NCBI RefSeq assembly: GCF_009914755.1
Contig: NC_060932.1
Strand: one strand, 5' to 3'
Source of the DNA: the human T2T-CHM13v2.0 reference genome, Homo sapiens
Length of the DNA: 64,000 nucleotides
Below, piece after piece: positions 52,701 to 64,000 of the stretch. How positions within the stretch are numbered: position 1 is the stretch's first letter; each line of letters starts with the position of its first letter. Both the position numbers and the translations under genes were made by a program. The notes under the pieces are model-generated. The model was not told where the DNA came from, did not search any database, and was given only the letters and a program-made list of their open reading frames with translations.

Positions 52701-54804
52701 CATCCCATGACCCCTGTCATCTAGGAATTTACAATCTAGTCGAAGGAGGAGTATAGACACTCAAATGTTTAAGAAAAGGAGGAATTAAATGACAACACAA
52801 AACAATACCAAAAATGACAAATGGAGCTCCTGAGAGTGTGAGCACTCATGGAAGAGGAGATTGCAAAAGTGCTCAGGGAAGACTTGGAATAGGAGCAAGA
52901 GCTTGGGCTGGACTCTGTGCATGGGGAGAATTTATGGAGGTGACTCCGTGGAGCAGAAGCTGCAGGGAGGGTGAGCACAGGCCTGGAAGAGGGAACACTC
53001 TGGGCACGGCCTTGAGGGAACCAACCCGGCTACAGCAAGATCTCCCAGCAGAGGCACAGGAGATGGGCTGGAAAGGTAACCTGGAATCAGAACATGAAGA
53101 GTGCTGAGTGCCAGACCAGGTCATGGAGAGACATGGAATAATCTCAAATGACAGGGAGGCCTTCGTGGAAGTGGTGTCATCCACTGGTCAGCCTGGGGCA
53201 CGTGGCAGGTGGGTTAGACAAGGAAGAGGCCTAGGCCAGGAAGGCAGGAAACCATGGCAACCGTGGGCAGCAATGAGAGCTCAACTTGTGTGGGAGAAGA
53301 GGACTAAAAAAAAGAAATAGCTAAAAGAGAGTCCATGGTACTTACTAAGGGAAAGCAAAGAGAGAACAGAGGATGGAATGCCTGGTAACTCACATTATTT
53401 AACAGAAATGATCACTCTAGGTGCTCTGCGGTACAGAACACTCAAAACATAACACTAGGTGCCTAACACAAAGTTAGCACTCATGACTACTGGCTCCTGC
53501 TACCTATTAGTATTAGTATTAGTATTAATAATAATTAGTATTAATTTGTATTATAATAATTCAAATGCTATACTATTTTGTCCTCCCAGTGTCTCTGTAC
53601 AATTGTACAGGATACTGTCTTACATACATTATATATTTGGGTAAAGGAAATTCACTAAGAAATTAAGGAATTATCAAAATGTGATTTATTTTTCAGTGGC
53701 CAAGCGACAACCATGGGTCTTCAGATTCTTTCCTCAACAATGTCACTTAAAAAATTAGATGATAATAATAAGCAGTGCCCAGCCCAGGCCCCCACATCAG
53801 TCACAAAGCCAAGAGAGTTCTCCTACATGGGAATTACATCACTCAAGGGCCGTTTGTTCACAACCCTCTCTCCCTCCTCTAGGGGGTGAAAGGAGGAATT
53901 AAAATATTTATCATTTTTCAAGCACGCTGGACCCTGAGGAGCTGAAGGCTACTGTTGAAGATCCTTTACCATGATATTGGCCCCATTTTTCTGGTCAATC
54001 TAGCCTCCAGCAGCTTGAATAGTGTATTGCTTGAAGAGAGGTTTTGCTGTAGCAAAGACTCTTCTATGAAATCCAGTCTCACCAATGACCCAGAAACTGT
54101 AAATAGGGAATAAATTTTAATTAGAAGATCAATTCGGCAAACTGGGCTCTTGGTCCAAAATAGACCAAATGAAATTTAGTGATACAATCAGTATAAAGTT
54201 TTAACCCATGAGGAAGGGAGATATGATACCATTAAGTAAATGGATAAGAATAAAAAAGTAGAAAAGCATGAAAGAATAAAATCTAACAGGAAGAGACCCA
54301 CAAAGGCAGAGTGAATCACAAGGTAAACATGAAGGAGCAGGAAGAGCCGAATGCTTTGCAGTGTGGTGGGACTGTGCCTGCTATGTGTTGTGTCTTTTGA
54401 AAACAGTCAGCATGAGGGTAGAATGAGAAACTATGGGCAAGCAACACAACAGAGACCCAGCAAGGAACCATCCCATGAGATTCGAGAGTTGACCCCAACT
54501 CGGCACTGCACCCTCTTTGGAGCCAAACAGCTAACTTGGAAATGTGAATGGAGAAGTGATACAAAGAGTTGGAGAGGAGGGCCTATGAAACAACTGCAGG
54601 GCCCAGAATTAATTAGTCCAGAGTGGGAAAGTCTAGGAGAGAGGATGAATTGATTTAACTGTAGGCTTCAAGCCAATGGTAGGCTGTCTTGACCTCCAAG
54701 AATGGTGCCAACTGGTCCTCTCCAAGTCACTTGAGGATAAAAGAGCAAGGAATGGACATGCCAAACCCAGATTTATCTCTTTGTAATCCTTGGCTTTAAA
54801 ACCT

Positions 54805-55432
54805 ATGATGGTGGATGATGGGAGATTGCTTGGTGGGTACAATGTGCGTTGCTCCAGTGATGGAGGCACTGAAGGCCCTGACTTTACCACAATGCAACAT
54901 ACGTGTTATGGTTTGGATGTGTGTCCCCTCCAAATCTCATGTGAAATGTGACCTCCAATGTTGCATTGAAGAAGAGTGGGCTCAGCAGGAGGTGGGCCTA
55001 GTGGGAGGTGTTTGGTTCTCGGGGGCAGATTCCCCATGAATGGCTTGGTGTCCTCCCCATGGTAATGAGTGGTAATGGATGATTAATGAGTTCACAGGGG
55101 TGCCGGTTGTTTAAGAGAGGCTCGGACCTCCCTCCCCTCTCTCTTGCTCCCTGACTCACCATGTGACACGTCCACTCCCCCTTCACCTTCTGCCATGAGT
55201 AAAAGCATCCTGAGGCTTCCCTGGAAGTCAAGCAGATGCTGGTGCCCTGCTTCCTGTACAGCCTGCAGAACTGTGAGCCAAATAAACCTCTTTTCTGTGT
55301 AAATTACCCAGCCTCAGGTATTTCTTTATAGCAGCACAAGAACAGACTAACACAATATCAATGTAGCAAAGTTACAGTTGTACCCCATAAATATATACTA
55401 ATTTTAAAAAAGAAAAAACAAAATAAAATAAA
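54805..55432 (+). mobile_element. L1MA 3' end split by an MST LTR
   Basis: GGGTACAATGTGCG ... CCCTGACTTTACCACAATGCAA | LTR | ATCAATGTAGCAAAGTTACAGTTGTACCCCATAAAT plus A-tail. Confidence 0.8.
54904..55354 (+). mobile_element. MSTB-like solo LTR
   Basis: TGTTATGGTTTGGATGTGTGTCCCCTCCAAATCTCATG ... AAATTACCCAGCCTCAGGTATTTCTTTATAGCA ... GACTAACACA. Confidence 0.92.
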
Positions 55433-56159
55433 ACCTATGAAGAGCAGCTTCTTTGCTCCTGTTTCCTTAGCCTTCCTGCCTCTGTCTCTCACACCCAGGA
55501 GTAGCCCATTTCTAGATGGTAATTTGGCTAGCCACATTCTTCCGACACCTGATATCCAAAACATCCCAGAGTACAGAGGATGGAAGTGACCTTGAGTGGC
55601 CCTTTAGCTCATCCTCTGCCTCTGGGTACCTCAAGTGTATAAGCAGGTTTCTAAACTTACTTGATATTACCAGGTAAGCATCACAGCCCATCTAAAGTAT
55701 AATCTGGTCCAAAAACATCATTGTGAAAGACACCCTACAATGGCCTCTTATAACAACCTCTTAAAGAAAAATTTAAAACTAAAAGGTGTATAAAGAAACA
55801 TTTAAAAAAAAAGAAAAAAGAAGATGTTCTGGAAGAAATACACAGGATTCCTCACCAGAGTCCACAGAAACAGCTAGAGAAGCAAGGCTACCTCTTGGGC
55901 CCTTGGAGGCCAGAAGTGGGACTCATACCCCCTCCTCCTCTAGTCTGCACCCTCTTTACCTTCTCACCTACTAGAGGATATGGCCAGAGGACATGAGGGG
56001 CCTGTGTGGTTCCAGCTTACCAACCCCAGAGGAAAGGGCTCTGTCACTCTCACAGGCAAGAATGGTTTGGGATCTAGGTTAAATCAGCAGCTGTGAAATC
56101 CTGCCTGCTGATGTGGTGGAATCACTGGCTCCCTAAGTAGGAGGCAGCACTGGGTACTC

Positions 56160-56355
56160 ATCAGAATCTGGTCTCTAGAGATGGAGGACTTGGAACTGAG
56201 CATGTCACCTAACCTCCCTGTGGCTAAGTTTACTCATCTGTAAAATGACAGTGATCATACTACCTACCTACCTCATGCAGTTGCTGAGAGGATTAAATAA
56301 GTTAATGTGTATAAAGTGATCTGTATAGTGCCTGGCACACCTTTAACTATTAGTT
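56160..56355 (+). mobile_element. MIR
   Basis: CTCATCTGTAAAATG ... GAGGATTAAATAAGTTAAT ... GTGCCTGGCACA. Confidence 0.85.
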
Positions 56356-56814
56356 GTTTACTAGTTCTTAAAAGACTCTTTCTTTTTGGTTGTCATGAAG
56401 TAGGCTGTTCCCAAGTCCAAATTCACACTCTGAAATTGTCATCATGGTAGAATAAATACTATTATTTATTACATAGTATTAACAGGCCATCAGACTCTTA
56501 TCAAATATCCTACTGGGTTATATGGATATTTTATCCATTAGGCAGAAAGCGCAAATTCTGAAACTTATATGTTATAAACTGAATAAAAATACAAACTTAT
56601 TTAGACCAAGACCTTTATAAAATTATTTAATAAAATAATCTATGCATATCAAATAATTTCTGGCAGATGCATGAAAAAAGAAAGATTTATTAAATAATCT
56701 TTTTACGTCATTGCTACCCATGGTCTCTACTTGAATTTTGTTATATTTTTCTTCCAGCTATTTCTCTATATTCTAGTGGAATTTTAACCTAATTATAACC
56801 ATTCTATGTGTCAT

Positions 56815-57054
56815 CATTTCCCAAAACATTCTCCCGCAGAACACCAATGTTCAAAGATAGTAATAGATGTTGGTTGGATAAAGGACTCCAGAGTGAAACA
56901 AGTTCAAGAAGCAATAGGTTAAGCCACAACACTTCTCAGAACCTTCAGTGCTGATGAGCATCATGAAGTCTTGAGAGGGGCGTGTGATACCAAGTATTTC
57001 CAAATATATTTGACATGGGAGTAGTGTTCCAAAAAACATGCTTGGAAAAATGCT
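56815..57054. mobile_element. MER103C-like hAT MITE
   Basis: CATTTCCCAAAA ... ACTTCTCAGAACCTT ... GTGTTCCAAAAAACATGCTTGGAAAAATGCT. Confidence 0.55.
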
Positions 57055-57121
57055 ACTCTACAATTTTGTATTCTTCTTATCACAAACATTTCTATATTTT
57101 TTCATAAACTTCCTTCACTTC

Positions 57122-57499
57122 TATATTAGTCCATTCTCAAGCTGCTAATAAAGACATATTCAAGACTAGGTACTTTATAAAGGAAAGAGGTTTAATTGAC
57201 TCACAATTCAGCATGGCTGGGGAGGCTTCAGGAAACTTACAATCATGGTGGAAGGGGAGGCAAACACATCCTTCTTCATATGGAGGCAAGAAGGAGAAGT
57301 GCCGAGCAAAGAGGGAAAAGCCCCTTATAAAATCATTAGACCTTGTGAGAACTCACTCAGTATCTGGAGAACAGCAGCATGGGGGTAACCACCTTTATGA
57401 TTTAATTACCACCCACCGAGTCCCTCCCACGACAAGTGGGGATTATGGGAACTACAATCCAAGATGAGATTTGGGTGGGGACACAGCCAAACTGTATCA
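57122..57499 (-). mobile_element. THE1 (C-like) solo LTR
   Basis: TATTAGTCCATTCTCAAGCTGCTAATAAAGACATA ... GAGATTTGGGTGGGGACACAGCCAAACTGTATCA; TSD AC(T/A)TC. Confidence 0.93.
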
Positions 57500-57830
57500 A
57501 CATCCTTTTAAATCACTGCATAATAATCTACTAAGAAGATATGCCATTAGTTATTTAACCATTCCGCTATACTTAGACATTTCAATTAATTTCAACTTTT
57601 GGCTAATATAAATAAAACTGCAGCTAACATCTTTTGGCATTGTAGTTTTAAAAAAAATAGACACGTGTTTAGGTTTGATTTCTTAAGACAGACTCCCAGA
57701 AGGAGAATTACTGGGTCAAAGGGTACAAATGTTTTAAGTTCATGGAACATGATTCCAATTTGTTTTTCAGCAGGTCCATATCCATTTTCACTACCCGGCA
57801 GCATGTGACAGAGCCCACATGACACACCCA
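57500..57830 (-). mobile_element. L1ME-type fragment
   Basis: TTATTTAACCATTCC ... AGAATTACTGGGTCAAAGGGTA. Confidence 0.7.
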
Positions 57831-58078
57831 GAGCAAGGCAAGTGGGCAGAAGGCTAAGAGTGGGGCCCCTGATGGCTAGTTTCAGCAGCCTGTGCAGCTG
57901 TCAGAGCAAGTGCCAACCCTCTCCTCTCTTTCACCTGCGTCTCTCTCCCTCAGTTCTTAAAACACAGACTCATCAGGGGCTCCAGTTTGTGCAATTTCTG
58001 AGCTAATCCCACAGAGTAAAGCACACACCAGTGTCCCTTGTCACTAAATCTACAGGCCACAAAAAGAGGTCCTGCTCC

Positions 58079-58291
58079 CAGTGGAGCACTGGTAAATGTT
58101 TAACACCCAGCAACTCAAGGGGAAAAACACCCTGATTTGTAGCATTTGCCACTTCCTGTGGTGTAAATACTCTCATCACAGCTGGTTTCTAGCTAACAAC
58201 TTACCAGCATAATGTCACAGAACTTGGAACTGGACAGACATGTGCATAACAGGCTCTTGTAAGCTAGTGGGGTCAGCCTCAGACATCACTG
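58079..58291. mobile_element. MER63A-like hAT MITE
   Basis: CAGTGGAGCACTGGTAAATGTTTAACA ... CCCTGATTTGTAGCATTTGCC ... ACATCACTG, with CAGTG/CACTG termini. Confidence 0.7.
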
Positions 58292-60139
58292 CCTGTTTGT
58301 CTCTGGACCATTGAATTTTTCTCTCTTCTCCTCCATACTTGATTCCCCCCACCCCCCATATGTATTCTCCTCCACATCTGACCACATGCAAGATCCAGAA
58401 TAGCAGAGGCCTGCTCTGGGTGCTCCCATATCCCTGAACCACAATACTGTCACACTCATACGACACTTTCGCTGCAGCTCGATTCACTAGAGAGGTCAGT
58501 GGGATTGAAATGCCAAATACCCTCGCCCACAGACAACTGAACCCTGTGGCATCAACTCAGGCTGCCCTGCTGTGCAGCTGTTCCCCCTCCTCCAGCCTCT
58601 CTGTTCTCACTACAGAGTCTTAGACTGTCTTTCTTCACACCCCTGCTCGCTGGCTCCTCACCTTCCACTCCACTTTGAGATTTACCAAGCTCCTGATCTT
58701 TCCTTTGCCTCCAGTTTCCCAGCCAGCATTCACCCCATGGATCTGATGACAAATTCCATTTTCACATGAGTGAACAAAATCGGGTGAGATTTTAAAATTA
58801 CTCTTTTTCTCTCTGGCTATTCCAGAAACTCCCTTTGCCAACCCCCTGAAACCCCATGAACATGTATTCACCCACGGAGGATTGAACAGCCCCTCCACTC
58901 TGTGAGTGAGTGGACCCTGCTACCCTGCCAGCCCCCAACCCCAATACCAGATACTATTCCTGTATAGTATAGATACTATACTACCAGATCTTGCTGGGTG
59001 TTCCATCCATCTGACTCGATCACCCATGCCACCTATTCCAAAATCACAGCTGGGAATCACTCTGGCCCCTTGAGAAATCCCAGCTGTCACCCAAGCCATG
59101 CCCTGTGGGACAAGTGGAGCCTGCCATTCCTAGTGTCAGGAATCTCCATGAGAAAGCACCCTCCCCACTGCATACACACAATGTTGTCCTGAGTGCAGCT
59201 TATCTGTCCCTACTGCCTCCTTTCCCTCTCACAGTCAGTAGGGACAGCCTTATTGTTCTCTTGTGTCGGTCTCAGCTGGGAAGAGGAAGCTGGGATTGCA
59301 GAAGAGGGCAGAAGCGAAAAATGCAAGAGGAAAAGGAAAAGGAGAAAATGCTATGGCCAAATGGAAAGGAACCATCGAAGGTACTGGGATGATGGAATGT
59401 GCTATGGTCTCCAACATTCCATTGGGAGTTGCAGACCCTAAAGAACATAAATGATGTCTTTTACCTAAAAATAGAGAAATCAACGGATCACTTTTAAGAT
59501 CCCTACCAGGATCTTAAGATTCCATTCCAGCTAAGAGCGTTGTTGCCCCATCCAAACACGTGTATGAAATAGTTAACAGCAATATTCTCGAGTTAAATCA
59601 GGGAGGATGCCTCACAGTGTTACAGGGAAGCATATGGATCCCCATATTTTTTACCCAAGGCATTCTATTCTAAGCTTGGGCTCAATCTGGAAGTTACTCT
59701 TCCCCCAAAATGAGTCTAGCTCAAACACCTTCACCCTATCAGAGTGTAGGGCACTGTGGTGAATATGGGGCAGCTGTCAGGGAGTAGGCATCAAGAAACA
59801 GAAAGCCAGGATCATTCAAATCCAAATCCCATGGAAAGTAAAGCTGGCAGTCGGGATTTGACTGATCAGATTAGAGGAAGCCCTTTCCTACGTATCCCAG
59901 GTAAAGATTGTTTACTTCAAGAAACCTAGAGGATTTACTTAAACACAGATAATTTTCTGTGGTTAGTAAGGAGGACCCTGATGCAAGGAACGCCATATCC
60001 CAACCAGAACCACTGGAGGAAAAAATACATCTTGCTCATCCTGTGCACAAAGCACAGAGAAAAAAATAGCCTAACGTGGAAGAAGAAAAATACAGAGTAA
60101 ATCATAATAAAAATGACCCCCTCCTCCTCCTCACCCCAG

Positions 60140-60330
60140 CCACACATGGTTTGGTTAATTCCTTAATGAGGATGGAGTGTAATTAATATCGGAACTCCAC
60201 TGTATAATTACTGCATATAATTATGCTTGAGTTAACTGTAAAGCAAATCATATATAGTTTGCATTCTATAAGTTTTCAATTCATCTTTTTGGGGGGAAGC
60301 TGGGGGGGATTTTATAATATTCTTCAATAA
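60140..60330. promoter_or_regulatory. Candidate enhancer (TAATTA-rich)
   Basis: TAATTA occurs three times in 60180-60225, in unique sequence. Confidence 0.35.
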
Positions 60331-61809
60331 AGAACACCTCTAGGAATAGATATATCAGACGAATCCCTTTGGACATTTCATTCTAGACTGAGATGCCCAG
60401 AATTGCCTAATCTAGCAGCTGCACAACCTACAGAATTCTGCCTTTAAAGGCTTATTCCTGCCTGGTAGACCAGCCCAGGGAATGAGCAGCTCACAGGGAC
60501 ACATAAGCGACGACAGGCTAATCGGAACCTGCCTCAGAATTAAGGTCCCCTCATGGTGGCCCAGCTGCTGAGTTCTTGTGTGGCCTCTGCAGGCTGTGTC
60601 TGTGTATCCCTGGCCCTTCACCTCAAAACAGTGCATGTCCTCAACCTGGGTGTTTCTCTGTTGTCCCAGGCTCTCCACCCATCCCCAAGGACCTGAACGC
60701 TCTTTCTACTGCCTTCCTGGTTCTCAGAGTATAATCTATTACATTCAATAGAGGAAGGAATACAGCCCTCCAACTGCTCTAAAATGCAAACCACATGTGG
60801 TTAATGAAACTAGGCCTCCATATGATGATGCACTTTTCGTTTTGTGCAAGCGAGTGAGAGAGACAGAGAGACGAAGAGATCTGGATGGTGGTCTATAGAA
60901 GAATCCTAGAGAATTTGGGATGGAGAGAGTTAGCCAAATTGCAGGAGACATTTTCCCCGGCTCCCACTTTCTTCCCACTAACCACCCCCACCACGCAGGT
61001 GCTTCTTATGTGGGCCCTTTCCACAGTCTTGGAATATCTGCTCACTCCACCAGGTGCTGCTCTCACTCCCAGCACCACCCTCCCCTCACCCCCACATTCC
61101 ATTCCCTGGAGTGGCTGCAAGAATCTTTTCCAGGAGCATAAGCCTTTATCTCAGGTGAGAAGACTGCTTGAAAGCTAAACTAATTAATTAATGTTGAAGA
61201 AACCTCTAATTCTCCCTTATCAACTCAACTCAATGTCTGAGGGCCCTTCCTTTCTTTGCCCTCGGAAGTGCCTCTCCCCTGTCCATCATTGGACCCTTCA
61301 TCCATGAGCTTTCTTGCCCCAAATCCCTCCCTCCACTCCTGGGCTTCCTACAGCACTGGGTCTGAGTGGCTGAGCCTTTAAGCTCAGATGTCCAGGCCTG
61401 CGTCTTCTGCTGCTGATCAGGAACCCAAGCAGTGAACTCCTGACACCTTCCCTCTAGCCTCCTCACCTCTAGAACAGGGTCTAAAGATTTGACCTCCTTC
61501 AAGAATCTCTCAGGCAAGCAGTGCCCCCTCCCACACCTCAAACTCTGCAGGGAGTCAAGAGGGCTTGGAGGGCAGCCAGGTACACTGCTCACCTGTGCAG
61601 CCACCACTCCCTCCCCTCCAGCAGCCCCTAGCACCTCCATGAGGACTTACCAGATCCAGAGAAAGGGACAGAACCATCCCCATATGCCCCGCAGTCCCCC
61701 CGCCTCCTGTCCCCGCAGTCAGCCTTCAAAGGCCACCCTTAGCCAGAGTAAGTGACACTAAAAACAACGATCCCCCAGCTTCCACACGCCCCCCCTCCCC
61801 CGCCTGCCC

Positions 61810-62075
61810 ACTGATAATAATGGGCCAAGACACTTTTATTATCATTATTAATTAGCACTTTCAAGCAATGGAATTAAATCAATATGGTGGACTGAAACTA
61901 ATTTTAACAAGCCATTGAGATCAATCATTGGGACTTTTATCTACATAAATGCCACTAAACTCAGCTCGTTAGTGTAACATTAGCTGGGAAGAAAAAGAAG
62001 GGAGACTGGCGGGGTTTTAATTAGGAAGACATAAACTGAGCCACAATTTTCCTTCTTTGATTTGCTTTTAATCTC
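61810..62075. promoter_or_regulatory. Candidate conserved enhancer
   Basis: ATTAATTAG, TAAATCAAT, ATCAATCA, CATAAA and TTAATTAG in a repeat-free block. Confidence 0.45.
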
Positions 62076-63429
62076 GTCTGCAAAGCTCTTCTGGTGCTGC
62101 CCAGGCTGATTCTCAGTCCCAGGCCACTTGGGCAGAAAGAGGAGGGGATGAAGTGATGAGAGTTGAGGGGTGAGTGGCTGGGAACACCCCAACATGAGTG
62201 GGGCTATCACCCTGCTGATCCTGAGCCCTGGATCCTCACAGTCAGCGCTGACCACTGCTTCCTTTATATTCACCTTTGTTTAGCATTTATTCATTTATGC
62301 ATTACATGAAATTTATTTATGTTTATTGATTCATTCAATGAACAACAGACGAGCACTTAATATGTGCCAGCCACCCGCTCACTGTTCTCAGAGAATTAAA
62401 GTTAAAATGAGCAAGACGTGGTTCTACTCCCACAAAAAAACCTGCAGTCTAGTCTTATTTGCTCCTAGATTGACAGGCTGGAGAGCAAGGACAATGACTC
62501 ATCTGTCTGTGTGCCCCTCCCCATCTGGCTCTGCAGAAGCCCAGAAATGCTTGGGGTGTGTGGTTAAGAAACCTCCTTCCCTCCCCACCCTTCATTTCTC
62601 TCTGTGCCCAGCACCCTGCTCCCTGCTGCCACACCTTCCCTGTTTTGTGGGTACCCAAGCCTACCTACCTCTGGTCTTACTCAGTCTCATAACATTTTTC
62701 CAGCCTGATTCCCTGACAAGCTGTGGCTTCTTATTCTTCAAGACTCCGTTCTAGGGCCACGATGTGGAGGGAGCTGGGTGGCTGGCTGCCTGGGCTTCCT
62801 CCCGGCTGCTCATTTCTGCCTGTGGGACAGCCATCCCCATGTGTCGCTGTGGTCTTCTCTCTGGTCCTGCTGGCCTCCTGGACCAAGCTGCAAGCATCTG
62901 GAAGGCAGAGACTGAACGTGAGCCACATTTCTGTCCTCAACATCTCCTAGGATGCCTGGTGCAGAGCTGGCACTCAATTCAGACCTGTAGACAAGCATGA
63001 CACCATCTATGTTTACCAAAGACTGGGATAAAACCGCAACTCAGCATTTGAGGTCCACCCTGAGCACTGGAGGTTCTCCAAGTACTTCCTCCTTCTGCCT
63101 CTCAGTACAGATCGCGTCTTCTAGGTGTGCTGTGCACATTCCATCACCCACCTTCTGGCTCATCGCACTTGCTCTGCTTCCAGTGAGTCTCACCTTCCCA
63201 AATCCTACTCATGCATCCAGGCCTATCTCAAGCCTTCCTCATCCACTAATGCAGACTTCTCTGATTCCGTGAGCCTTTCCTGCCCTCTTCTTGCTTGGCC
63301 ACCCATAGGGGCCTTATCACAAACTACTTTCTGCTGCTAGCTATATGCTGCACCCTGACTTTTCCCTCTGAATTTGGAATCGAAATCTTCCTATGTGGTG
63401 CTGCCTATGGGAAGCAAATCAACCCTCAG

Positions 63430-63650
63430 TGGAGCAGAGTGCCTGGGGTCAAATTCCAGCTCTACTGCTTATTACATTCACCGCCTTGGGTAAGTTGCTT
63501 AACCTTGCTATATCTCCGTTTCCTCACCCGTAACATGGGAACAAAACAGTACCTGCTAGGATTACTGTAGAAATTAGATGCAATAGTTCACATAAATCAT
63601 TATGCCTGGCACTTAGTAGTTGGTCAGTGTGTTGGTCATTACTACTATCA
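63430..63650 (+). mobile_element. MIR
   Basis: GCCTGGGGTCAAATTCCAGCTCTACTGCTTA ... TTTCCTCACCCGTAACATGGG ... GCCTGGCACTTAGTAG. Confidence 0.85.
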
Positions 63651-64000
63651 TAGCTGTAATTGTTACTACTATTACCAATTCGTGTGCTCTGATTTCATCT
63701 CCATCAAGCAAGCTATTGATTATAATTTGGCTTCCCTACAAGAAAAGACCCTGCTGATCTGTTAAAAGGAGGTTCAATCTACTTATTAGATGTTTCTCAT
63801 TATAAATTCATAAATTGACATCCTAGATTGCATCTATCAGTCTCTTATAAGTTAGATTTAGATTAAATTAACTCATAAGTCCAGTTCACACTTGTGTATA
63901 CTAGCAATCAAATTTCTGAGGCTGAGGTCCTAGATCTTGGCAACCAAACCAAGGTACCGCCAACTTGGGGCTTTGTCTGTGCAGCCAGTGTGGCTTCAGG

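Noticed and set aside
59046-59087. 10-bp inverted repeat ACAGCTGGGA/TCCCAGCTGT
   Set aside because: Short arms with a 22-nt spacer; expected by chance in 64 kb.
59494-59517. 9-bp hairpin TTAAGATCC/GGATCTTAA
   Set aside because: Short, and it resembles a decayed MIR-family tail.

Overview
Primate (human-like) non-coding genomic DNA. I found no protein-coding exon, RNA gene, CpG island or CRISPR array. The listed ORFs are chance frames or translations of Alu, L1, LTR and microsatellite sequence. Much of the window is recognisable interspersed repeat: 16 Alu/FLAM elements (15 on +), L1 3' ends, L2, MIR, MaLR/ERVL solo LTRs (MLT1, MLT2, MST, THE1, MER74, LTR33-like) and hAT MITEs (MER58B-, MER103C- and MER63A-like). 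Between them are repeat-free blocks dense in TAAT, TTTAT and TGACAG motifs that look like conserved non-coding enhancers, suggesting a gene desert or large intron near a developmental regulator (inference; conservation cannot be seen here). The most unusual structures are: (1) a ~250-bp non-TE element present twice, 7,060 bp apart, with a conserved core and an in-frame Kozak ATG in both copies; (2) two independent ~80-bp locally templated insertions, each splitting an MLT1 LTR; (3) a 19-bp near-perfect hairpin with an alternative pairing partner at 6.5 kb; (4) a young 210-bp tandem duplication and an 87-bp x4 MIR-derived VNTR. Repeat subfamily names come from recalled consensus sequences, and old-repeat boundaries are approximate. 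No new biological system can be demonstrated from sequence alone.
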